From contig JAZUQR010000019.1 in assembly GCA_045605805.1 (NCBI GenBank), positions 1-17,113 of the forward strand: a stretch of DNA of 17,113 bases, given 5' to 3'. A program made the position numbers and the translations under genes. The notes beneath the pieces are model-generated. The model saw only the letters and a program-made list of their open reading frames with translations. It did not search any database and was not told the origin of the DNA. This DNA is from Alphaproteobacteria bacterium. GTDB lineage: Bacteria > Pseudomonadota > Alphaproteobacteria > CAAHEQ01 > UBA3637. The number at the start of each line of letters is the position of its first letter. The first letter of the stretch is position 1. Shown in pieces: positions 7,558-16,998 of this stretch.

Positions 7558-8256
7558 TTATTCTCCTTTTGTTGTATCGGGTTGAACATAAACTTCTTCG
7601 GGGGCCACAGCCGATACATATACAGTGGCCAGAAGGGCAAAAATATAGGCTTGAATCGTGCCGGTTAAAAGCCCCAACAGCTGTAAGGGAAGGGGAACAA
7701 TAAACGGGGCAAGCATCATCAAAACCGAAACCAATACAATCCCGCTGAGCATATTGCCGTATAAACGGAACGCCAAGGAAAAAGTAGAGGAAAAATCTGA
7801 CAAAATGTTTAATGGCAACATCACTGGTGTTGGATCAATAAACTTCTTAAAATAGCCCTTTAAGCCGGCATTTTTGAAACCATAGTAAGGAATGGCGCAA
7901 AAAACAATGAAGGCAAAAGCCAAGGTGGTGGATAAACTGGCGGTGGGTGGTTGATACCAAGGAATAATCGTTAAAAAATTGGAAGTGGCAATAAAAATAA
8001 AGAAAGTGGTGATAAGCGCAAGATATTTATGCGGCACATCATTGCTTATTTCCTTGATTTGACCATGCCATATATCCACCAAAAACTCCAAAACAGCTTG
8101 CAACCGAGAAATGTGCACACCAGCCGTTATTGTGCGCTTAAACAAAAGGCACAACCCCATCAAAAGCAGCATTGTAATCCATGTATAAAAGATTGTGGCA
8201 TTGATGCCAATTCCAAACAAAGAAAACAAAATCTGCTTGTCCAAATCTTGAATCAT
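7558..8256 (-). CDS. atpB: N-type ATPase a subunit
   Basis: Polytopic membrane protein with PPTASLSTT, LAFRLYGNM (stator Arg) and IQAYIFALLATVY. Confidence 0.94.
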   Translation of the reverse strand: MIQDLDKQILFSLFGIGINATIFYTWITMLLLMGLCLLFKRTITAGVHISRLQAVLEFLVDIWHGQIKEISNDVPHKYLALITTFFIFIATSNFLTIIPWYQPPTASLSTTLAFAFIVFCAIPYYGFKNAGLKGYFKKFIDPTPVMLPLNILSDFSSTFSLAFRLYGNMLSGIVLVSVLMMLAPFIVPLPLQLLGLLTGTIQAYIFALLATVYVSAVAPEEVYVQPDTTKGE

Positions 8257-8543
8257 TTGCCACCTCCGGATTTAGTGTGTCCTACAACCAAAAAGCGGGT
8301 TAAGACAAAAGCCAAAACAATCCATATAAAGCGGGTGGGGCTGTGCTCACTGAATAAAAGGGCAATGCCCAAAAACAACACAATGCGCCCCACAGCCGAA
8401 GTCAGTAAAAACAATCCTTTGCGTTTAACAGAAGGCAGCTTTTGAACGGTTTTCAACAGCAACCATAAATAGACAAAAGCCAATGAAACCCCAACCCAAA
8501 GCAACGGTAAAATATCAGATAAAGGCAAAAAGATTGAACTCAT
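8253..8543 (-). CDS. atpR: N-ATPase-specific subunit AtpR
   Basis: 96 aa with 3 hydrophobic segments and membrane-embedded arginines (SAVGRIVLF, FVLTRFLV). Located between atpQ and atpB. Confidence 0.8.
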   Translation of the reverse strand: MSSIFLPLSDILPLLWVGVSLAFVYLWLLLKTVQKLPSVKRKGLFLLTSAVGRIVLFLGIALLFSEHSPTRFIWIVLAFVLTRFLVVGHTKSGGGK

Positions 8544-8897
8544 TTTTTCCCCCTTTTAACCGCTTTTTTTGTTTTTGAAAGAGCCTTCTTTTTTTTGTTT
8601 TTCTCTTTGTTCCTTTTTTGGATTTCCATCATGTGATAAAACCATACATTCGCATTAAAAAGACCAGTCAAAAAGCCCAATAAAATAAAGTTTAAGACCC
8701 ATGAAACATGTTTCACCGGCCAAACTTTATCCAAGAAAAGGCCAAGAAAAATACCCAAAACAACAGGAATGGCCACTTGAAAACCATAGACGGTTAAAAA
8801 GGCCGCTTTATAGGCATATTGCTTGTTGGGACGATTTCCAAGTTTTTGCGCCTTTTGAATCATGCGTTGAGCTTCTTGTTCAAATTGTTTATCAAAA

Positions 8898-8905
<8 letters not shown>
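8540..8905 (-). CDS. atpQ: N-ATPase AtpQ (AtpZ/AtpI-like) subunit
   Basis: GFQVAIPVVLGIFLGLFLDKVWP...SWVLNFILLGFLTGLFNANVW matches the AtpQ/AtpZ pattern. SD AAGGAG at 8917-8912 favours ATG 8905 over 8911. Confidence 0.85.
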
Positions 8906-10690
<1,785 letters not shown>

Positions 10691-10701
10691 TTATATAGCC
10701 C

Positions 10702-10730
10702 AGTGTAAAAGGTTTTAGGCTTGTTGTCAA
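10702..10730 (-). promoter_or_regulatory. Sigma70-type promoter of the N-ATPase operon
   Basis: Minus strand TTGACA (10730-10725), 17 nt, TACACT (10707-10702). Confidence 0.7.
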
Positions 10731-10771
10731 GTAAAAAACAAAAAAAGAAAATAAAAGAAAATAAGTAAAAC

Positions 10772-10800
10772 TTGACAAAAAATACATTTTAAGATAAAAT
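10772..10800 (+). promoter_or_regulatory. Sigma70-type promoter of the NAD kinase gene
   Basis: TTGACA (10772-10777), 17 nt, TAAAAT (10795-10800). A-rich upstream region. SD GGAG at 10825-10828. Confidence 0.75.
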
Positions 10801-10833
10801 AAAAGGCATATTCATTTGCAATATGGAGTATGA

Positions 10834-11577
10834 ATGAAAATAACATTTTTGGCGGATGATAATAAACAAGAATCTATGCAGGCTTTGCGTGCCTGTATGA
10901 AACGCTATGGTCAAGCTGATTTAGATAAAGCCGATGTGGTGGTTGTTTTGGGTGGCGATGGCTTTATGCTGAAAACATTACATCAGCTGTTAAACTATCA
11001 AACACCTGTGTTTGGATTGAATCTGGGTCATGTGGGGTACTTGTTGAATCATTTTTCATTAGAGAATATCCCAGACAGAATCAATGCTGCCCACGCTACA
11101 CAGTTGTCTCCGTTAAGAATGATGGCAGAGCCGATTTTGGGAAAACCAAAAGAAATATATGCTTTTAACGAGGTTGCTTTTGGGCGGACAACGCCTCAGG
11201 CAGCCCGATTGGAAGTTGCTTTAATAGATGAAAACAGAAAACACCCGATATTTTGCCAACAAGAACTGTTGGGAGATGGTTTAATTGTGGCAACAAATAT
11301 CGGCAGTCATGGTTATTATGAATCCGCCAAAGGGAAAAAATTACCCAAAAATAAAAAAGCCATTGGCGTTCAAGCGATTTGTTCAAAAACAAACTTTAAC
11401 CATATTTTGTCGGAAAAAGCCGAAGTTTGTGTTGTGCCACAAGAAATTGCAAAACGCCCCGTTCATGTGGATATAGATGGGAAAAACCGTTTGCCAAATA
11501 TCAAAGTGGCGTATGTAGAAATGGACACGCAAAAGTGCAAGACCTTGCTGAAAGACAAACAAAGTCAAACCCGATGA
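10834..11577 (+). CDS. nadK: NAD kinase family protein (divergent)
   Basis: ADVVVVLGGDGFML (GGDG motif), GLNLGHVGYLLN, AFNEV (NE motif), QAARL and GDGLIVAT. The downstream TPxGSTAY motif is altered. Confidence 0.85.
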   Translation: MKITFLADDNKQESMQALRACMKRYGQADLDKADVVVVLGGDGFMLKTLHQLLNYQTPVFGLNLGHVGYLLNHFSLENIPDRINAAHATQLSPLRMMAEPILGKPKEIYAFNEVAFGRTTPQAARLEVALIDENRKHPIFCQQELLGDGLIVATNIGSHGYYESAKGKKLPKNKKAIGVQAICSKTNFNHILSEKAEVCVVPQEIAKRPVHVDIDGKNRLPNIKVAYVEMDTQKCKTLLKDKQSQTR

Positions 11578-11578
11578 A

Positions 11579-12778
11579 TCAGACCATAACCTTGAAAAAG
11601 CCCAGTTTGCCGATTTTAACTTGTAAAGCCTGAGTCACATCCAACACTTCTTTTTCATCATTCTTTTTTTGTTGTTGAACGGTGACAGCATTTTGGGCAA
11701 TCAAGCGGCGCACATCCGAATTTGATTTTTCCGGCATACAAGCCTTAACCATTGAAAACACGGAAACAGAAGGTGAACCGATGTGCACTTGTGGCGCATT
11801 ATCCGGAAAGTCTTTTTTTGAAAAAGTTTCCACAAAGTGTTGTAATGCCATATCCGCTTCGGCCTCTGAATGATATTGTTTGACAATGTTGTGTGCCAAC
11901 TTTTTCTTTATATCCATCGGATGAGAGGTGTTGTTCTTCAAGGCATTGATAGTATTGTCTTTTTCCGCTCTGGACCAATCGGTTGTCAATTCAATCCATT
12001 CTTCCAATAGTTCGTCTGGAATGGACATTGTCTTGCCAAACATCACATCGGCCGGTTCTGTCAAACCAATGTAGTTTCCTTTGGATTTGGACATTTTCAT
12101 TTCGCCATCAAGACCACGCAATAACGGCATAGAAATAACTGTTTGCCCCTGTTGTCCGTGAGCCAGTTGTAATTCACGCCCCACCAAACAGTTAAACAGT
12201 TGATCCCGCCCACCAAACTCAATATCAGCCTTCATCACAACAGAATCATAACCTTGCAACATGGGGTAAATCAATTCATGTAAGGAAATGGGAATGTTGG
12301 CTTCAAAACGTTTGGCAAAGTCATCCCGTTGTAAAATCTGAGCCAAAGTAGATTTGCCTAACAATTTGATAAAGTCGGACAACGAGATTTTATTCAACCA
12401 ATCGCCATTGAAAACAATATGCACATTTTTCTTTGTGTCAATCACCTTGTCCATTTGTTCAACATAGGTTTGGGCATTTTGCGCAGATTCTTCTCGTGTT
12501 AAAGGGGGACGAGTAGTGTTGCGACCGGTTGGATCACCGATTTGTGCGGTAAAATCACCAACCAACAACCAAATCTCATGACCAGCCTCTTGAAATTGAC
12601 GCAGTTTTTTCAAACCCACAGCATGACCCAAATGCAAATCCGGAGCCGTAGGATCCATACCGAATTTGATAATCAACGGGCGATTTTCCTTTTCGGCCAA
12701 AGCCAGTTTTTCTTTCAACCCATCAGATGGTACAATTGTGTCAATGCCGTCAGCCAATTCTTCATAAGTTAATGTCAT
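11579..12778 (-). CDS. tyrS: Tyrosine--tRNA ligase, bacterial type 2 (TyrZ-like), with C-terminal S4-like domain
   Basis: GMDPTAPDLHLGH (HIGH), GDFTAQIGDPTGR..TRPPL, YPMLQGYDSV, GGRDQLFN, KMSKS. SD AAAGGAG supports ATG 12778 rather than 12838. Confidence 0.95.
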   Translation of the reverse strand: MTLTYEELADGIDTIVPSDGLKEKLALAEKENRPLIIKFGMDPTAPDLHLGHAVGLKKLRQFQEAGHEIWLLVGDFTAQIGDPTGRNTTRPPLTREESAQNAQTYVEQMDKVIDTKKNVHIVFNGDWLNKISLSDFIKLLGKSTLAQILQRDDFAKRFEANIPISLHELIYPMLQGYDSVVMKADIEFGGRDQLFNCLVGRELQLAHGQQGQTVISMPLLRGLDGEMKMSKSKGNYIGLTEPADVMFGKTMSIPDELLEEWIELTTDWSRAEKDNTINALKNNTSHPMDIKKKLAHNIVKQYHSEAEADMALQHFVETFSKKDFPDNAPQVHIGSPSVSVFSMVKACMPEKSNSDVRRLIAQNAVTVQQQKKNDEKEVLDVTQALQVKIGKLGFFKVMV

Positions 12779-12824
12779 AATAAACTCCTTTTTAGTAAAT
12801 CTGCCAGAGAAAATACCACATTTT

Positions 12825-14960
12825 TTAGTTTTTTTCAAGGATTTCTTTTACTTTTTGTAATAAATCTGCCAAAACAAAAGGCTTGGTGATAAAATCATAT
12901 TTTACAGAATGCTGTGCAGTATGTTTTTCAAAAGATTTGGAATAACCGGACATCAATAAACAAGGCAGATTTGGATGCATCTTTTTGGCTTCGTCAATTA
13001 AATGCTCCCCATCCATCCCCGTCATCACCATATCCGTGATTAAAAGTTGAAAAGAGGTGGCTTTTAAGCGTGTGATTGCTTCTTCTGCCGAACCAGCTTG
13101 AACAACATCAAAGCCTTTGGCAGCCAAAGCCCGAGCCGTCACCATCCGAATGGCTTCTTCGTCATCCACCAATAAAATGGGGGCCTTCGCTTGTGGTAAA
13201 AACACACTTTGTATGTTTTGAGGGGGTGTGTGGGGCTGTAAATCACCCGATTCAAAACGGGGTAAATAAACAGTAAAAGTTGTGCCAACATTTGGAACGC
13301 TGGTCACTTTGATAAAACCGCCGGCACTGTGAATAATACCATAAACAGTGGACAGCCCCAAGCCGGTGCCAGATTGGTTGCTTTTCTTTTTGGTTGTAAA
13401 AAAGGGATCAAAAATATGCGGCAAAACTTCCGAGCTGATGCCCAAGCCATTGTCGGTAATTGTAATTTTCACATAAGCACCGGCAGGCATAGTATCATTT
13501 CCGCAGGGACGAGCTTTTTTCACATCCTCTTTGGTTAAAGAGATGGTTAAATCTCCCCCATTTGGCATGGCATCTTTGGCATTGACAGCAAAGTTCAAAA
13601 AGATTTGTGTCAATTGATTGGTGTCCATTTTAATATATCCTAAATGGCGTTTATATTCCATTTTAAGATGACAGTTTGGGGCAATGGCTCGTTGGAGTAA
13701 AGAAGTCAAATCCACAAAAGCATCATGAACAGAAAGAGTATGCTCTTGAATAGGGGTCTTGCGTGAGAAAGTTAAAAGTTGCCCCACCAAACCAGCCGCT
13801 TTTTGAACATTTCCCTTGATATGCATCAAATCAGCAAAGGACGCATCTCCAACGGGATGTTGCTGTAAAAGTAAATCTGTGAAGCCCATGATAGCGGTCA
13901 AAATGTTGTTAAAATCATGGGCAATCCCACCGGTCAATTGGCCTATCGCCTGCATTTTATGTGCTTGAATCACCTGTGTTTCAAGGCGTTTGCTGGGGGT
14001 AATGTCTATGAAATATAAATGCGCCAACGCCCGATCCGGTGTGGCCCAATCCAGATAGAGATGGAAAATCTCCCCTGTTTTTGAGGCGATTTCAATTGGT
14101 TTTTCCGAGTTAAGTTGATTGTGCGATTTTGTCAGTTTGTTGATAAGTGGTTGAAGGTCTTGCTCAGAATAAATCTCCGATAACGAAGAGGGGGCGCATT
14201 CCAAATGAAAGGCTTTTAAGAATAAATCATTGGCCTGTAAAATGCTTAAACTATCCACCGCAATTTTAAGATAGGGGAAAGGTAAGCTGTCAGAAGCCAT
14301 TGAAAGTTGTGGGCGTAAAACTGGCATCAATGCCCCAAAGAAGACAGGGGATTGCCCTAAATAAAATTGATGTTGTTGTAAAAGAAAAAAACACGACCCC
14401 GATACAGTGCTGATTTCAATTTCTGTTTCTAAAAAAGCATTTGTTTTTAGGTTGGGCGAATCCAAAAAAGTGGCAATATTTTGTCCCAAAACTTCCGATG
14501 GCGTATAGCCGATTAAAGCAGAAAATGAAGTGTTGATATAAATAATTTCTCCTGCTATATCAGAAAGATAAACAGGAATATTCAAGTTTTGAATGATGTT
14601 TTGAAACAGAGTGATTTGAGCTTGTGAAGCCTGATTTGCCACAATTTGAATCGGTTCAGCTTCGGCCTCCATCAACATCATTTTTTTGATCGGAGTCAAG
14701 CGAATTTGCCACACCTTGTCTTGTACAGGAATGTCCAAAGAAAAATGGCTTTTTTGCAAAAAGGCATTATCCAACAGTTTTAATTTTTCTTCTTCATTTG
14801 TGTGGCGCAAAAACAAAAAAGGATCTTCTGCATTGCCAAATAAAGTCGCCCCTTTTTTGTTGGAAACCACAACCTTGTTGCGGGCGCAACGGATTTGTGC
14901 CGGATTTTCCAAAGCATTCAAAATATCTTGATAAGCCAAAACCATCTTTTTCTTAAACAT
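12825..14960 (-). CDS. cckA: CckA-like hybrid sensor histidine kinase/response regulator (PAS-like domains, HisKA, HATPase, receiver)
   Basis: QAHKMQAIGQLTGGIAHDFNNILTAI..F.DLLL.QHPVGDASFADLMHIK is the CckA-type H-box region. Also NFAVNAKDAM, DNGLG, IFDPFFTTK, GTGLGLSTVYGI, and receiver ILLVDDE...LLITD...TKPF. Start at 14960 (or 14945); the 15068 extension overlaps the accB promoter. Confidence 0.82.
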   Translation of the reverse strand: MFKKKMVLAYQDILNALENPAQIRCARNKVVVSNKKGATLFGNAEDPFLFLRHTNEEEKLKLLDNAFLQKSHFSLDIPVQDKVWQIRLTPIKKMMLMEAEAEPIQIVANQASQAQITLFQNIIQNLNIPVYLSDIAGEIIYINTSFSALIGYTPSEVLGQNIATFLDSPNLKTNAFLETEIEISTVSGSCFFLLQQHQFYLGQSPVFFGALMPVLRPQLSMASDSLPFPYLKIAVDSLSILQANDLFLKAFHLECAPSSLSEIYSEQDLQPLINKLTKSHNQLNSEKPIEIASKTGEIFHLYLDWATPDRALAHLYFIDITPSKRLETQVIQAHKMQAIGQLTGGIAHDFNNILTAIMGFTDLLLQQHPVGDASFADLMHIKGNVQKAAGLVGQLLTFSRKTPIQEHTLSVHDAFVDLTSLLQRAIAPNCHLKMEYKRHLGYIKMDTNQLTQIFLNFAVNAKDAMPNGGDLTISLTKEDVKKARPCGNDTMPAGAYVKITITDNGLGISSEVLPHIFDPFFTTKKKSNQSGTGLGLSTVYGIIHSAGGFIKVTSVPNVGTTFTVYLPRFESGDLQPHTPPQNIQSVFLPQAKAPILLVDDEEAIRMVTARALAAKGFDVVQAGSAEEAITRLKATSFQLLITDMVMTGMDGEHLIDEAKKMHPNLPCLLMSGYSKSFEKHTAQHSVKYDFITKPFVLADLLQKVKEILEKN

Positions 14961-14966
14961 AAAATT

Positions 14967-14996
14967 ATCATATAAAAAATAAAAAGAAAAATCCAC
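14967..14996 (-). promoter_or_regulatory. Putative promoter for the cckA-like gene
   Basis: Minus strand GTGGAT/TGGATT (14996-14990), then TATGAT (14972-14967), then 6 nt to ATG 14960. Confidence 0.45.
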
Positions 14997-15031
14997 TAAA
15001 ATCTTTTGAAATATTTTGTTATAAAAGTTGT

Positions 15032-15061
15032 TTGGATGTTTTTGGAAAGTTGCAGTATAAT
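15032..15061 (+). promoter_or_regulatory. Promoter for accB-accC
   Basis: TTGGAT (15032-15037), 18 nt, perfect TATAAT (15056-15061). SD AAAGGA at 15075-15080. Confidence 0.6.
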
Positions 15062-15087
15062 ATCCCACATAACAAAAGGATATTTCT

Positions 15088-15525
15088 ATGGATACACAAA
15101 CAGAAATGATGATTAAAGACTTGGCCGCCCTGTTGCGTGAAACAGGTTTGAATGAAATAGATTATGAAAAAGATGGTTTGCGCTTGCGTGTGGCTGTTGG
15201 TTCTGGAATGCCTGTGGTGAATACAGTTGCCGTTTCCCCTGTGGCTGACAAAGCTGTGGTAAAAGAAGAACCCCAAAAAGAAGAAATGAAACAAGATTTT
15301 GTCAAGTCTCCCATTGTTGGGGTGGTGTATCTTGCCCCCAATCCCAATGCTGCAAACTTTGTGAAAGTAGGGGATTCGGTTAAAGCCGGCCAAACCTTGT
15401 GTATAGTGGAGGCCATGAAAACTTTCAATCCGGTTGTGGCGCAAAAGGCTGGGGTCATCAAGGCAATTTTGGTTGAATCGGGCGCCCCTGTGGAATATCA
15501 ACAACCTCTGTTTGAAATGGAATAA
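15088..15525 (+). CDS. accB: Acetyl-CoA carboxylase biotin carboxyl carrier protein
   Basis: VKSPIVGVVYLAP, FVKVGDSV, biotinylation motif EAMK, PVEYQQPLF. Confidence 0.96.
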   Translation: MDTQTEMMIKDLAALLRETGLNEIDYEKDGLRLRVAVGSGMPVVNTVAVSPVADKAVVKEEPQKEEMKQDFVKSPIVGVVYLAPNPNAANFVKVGDSVKAGQTLCIVEAMKTFNPVVAQKAGVIKAILVESGAPVEYQQPLFEME

Positions 15526-15526
15526 A

Positions 15527-16867
15527 ATGTTTGAAAAAGTTTTAATTGCTAATCGTGGTGAAGTGGCGTTGCGTATCCATCGTGCTTGTCGTGAGATGGG
15601 AATTAAAACTGTGGCTGTTCATTCCACCATTGATGCAAATGCCATGCATGTGAAGTTGGCAGATGAGGCGGTCTGTATCGGGCCCGCCAATGCCAAAGAC
15701 TCATACTTGAACAAAGCAAACATTATTTCTGCGGCTTTGATGACTGGTGCAGATGCCATCCACCCAGGCTATGGTTTTTTATCAGAAAATGCGGATTTTG
15801 CCGAAATGGTAGAGGCTCATGGGCTTGTTTGGATAGGGCCAAAACCCGAAATGATTCGCAAAATGGGCGATAAAGTTCAAGCCCGTCACTTGGCAAAAGA
15901 ATGTGGTGTGCCGGTGACCCCAGGTTCAGACGAGGAAGTGAAAACGGTTCTGGATGCCATTCAATGGGGTGAAGCCTTGGGGTATCCTGTGATTATCAAA
16001 GCGTGTGCAGGCGGTGGCGGCAAAGGAATGCGTGTGGTGCATCGGGCGGACGATATGGAAATGGCCTTTACTTTGGCTCAAAATGAAGCCAAAGCGGCGT
16101 TTGCGAATGATGGGGTGTACATTGAAAAATACCTTCAAAACCCCCGCCATATAGAGGTTCAGATTTTGGCCGATAATTATGGGCATGTAATCCATTTGGG
16201 GGAAAGAGATTGTTCTTTGCAACGCAATCACCAAAAGATTTTGGAAGAAACGCCTTCACCGGCCTTAAATCCGGAAGAAAGGGAACGCTTGGGAAAAATG
16301 GCGGTTGATTTTGTGAAAAAAATCGGCTATTCCACGGTTGGCACAATGGAGTTTTTATATGAAAACGGCCAGTTTTATTTTATGGAAATGAATACAAGAT
16401 TACAAGTTGAACACCCTGTGACAGAACAGGTGACTGGCTTGGATATTGTGCGTGAGCAAATCCGTATGTCGGCCGGACAAACATTAGATCTTACTCAAGA
16501 TGATATTGTATTTAACGGTGTGGCCATAGAATGCCGTATCAATGCCGAAGAGGCCAAAACATTTATTCCTTGTCCAGGCAAAATCGGCCAATGGCATGTG
16601 CCAGGGGGGATGTCTGTGCGTGTGGATTCGGGGATGTATGCAGGCTGTGAAGTTCCTCCGAATTATGATAGTCTTGTGGCAAAATTGGTTGTTTCTGGGC
16701 ACACTCGTAATGGGGCTTTGATGCGTTTGAAACGAGCTTTGGATGAGTTTGTGATTGAAGGTATCTCTACCACCATTCCGTTGCATCAGGAAATCATCCA
16801 AAATCCCGATTTTGTGGATGGACAATATGATATCCACTGGTTGGAAAAATTCATTCAAAACAGATAA
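15527..16867 (+). CDS. accC: Acetyl-CoA carboxylase biotin carboxylase subunit
   Basis: MFEKVLIANRGEVA, HPGYGFLSEN, GGGGKGMR, ERDCSLQR, EMNTRLQVEH, ECRINAE, YDSLVAKL. True start is ATG 15527, 1 nt after the accB stop. Confidence 0.97.
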   Translation: MFEKVLIANRGEVALRIHRACREMGIKTVAVHSTIDANAMHVKLADEAVCIGPANAKDSYLNKANIISAALMTGADAIHPGYGFLSENADFAEMVEAHGLVWIGPKPEMIRKMGDKVQARHLAKECGVPVTPGSDEEVKTVLDAIQWGEALGYPVIIKACAGGGGKGMRVVHRADDMEMAFTLAQNEAKAAFANDGVYIEKYLQNPRHIEVQILADNYGHVIHLGERDCSLQRNHQKILEETPSPALNPEERERLGKMAVDFVKKIGYSTVGTMEFLYENGQFYFMEMNTRLQVEHPVTEQVTGLDIVREQIRMSAGQTLDLTQDDIVFNGVAIECRINAEEAKTFIPCPGKIGQWHVPGGMSVRVDSGMYAGCEVPPNYDSLVAKLVVSGHTRNGALMRLKRALDEFVIEGISTTIPLHQEIIQNPDFVDGQYDIHWLEKFIQNR

Positions 16868-16873
16868 AAAGGC

Positions 16874-16902
16874 TTGACATTGGGGGCCGGAGAAGCTATA
16901 AG
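16874..16902 (+). promoter_or_regulatory. Sigma70-type promoter for the downstream secreted-protein gene
   Basis: TTGACA (16874-16879), 17 nt, TATAAG (16897-16902) preceded by GC, an alphaproteobacterial style. It begins 6 nt after the accC stop. Confidence 0.7.
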
Positions 16903-16908
16903 AAAAGT

Positions 16909-16998
16909 GTAAGGTGGAGGTGCAATCCTTCAAACAGAGGTTGAAGGGGTGCCTCTAACCCTTTGAAAAATAACGAAAGAGTATCAAAAGGGGTTGTG
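16909..16998 (+). promoter_or_regulatory. Structured 5' leader with alternative hairpins, one covering the RBS (candidate cis-regulatory RNA)
   Basis: Complementary segments GGAGG (16916-20), CCTTCAA (16927-33), TTGAAGGG (16941-48), AACCCTTTGA (16957-66) and TCAAAAGGGGTT (16984-95, contains the SD). Confidence 0.4.

Noticed and set aside
14961-15068. Upstream extension of cckA to 15068 as a possible membrane anchor
   Set aside because: It is AT-rich intergenic DNA containing the accB and cckA promoters, and the Phe/Tyr run is short and interrupted by Asp.
16927-16966. Hairpins as an intrinsic terminator of accBC
   Set aside because: No U-tract follows, and they lie downstream of a strong promoter for the next gene.
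16911-16975. Known riboswitch or tRNA identity for the terminal leader (fluoride, preQ1-I, FMN/cobalamin T-loop, tRNA T-arm)
   Set aside because: The resemblance is only superficial. It lacks the fluoride GAUG and AUGAC...UAC elements, the preQ1 loop and A-tail, the FMN/B12 core boxes and a cloverleaf.
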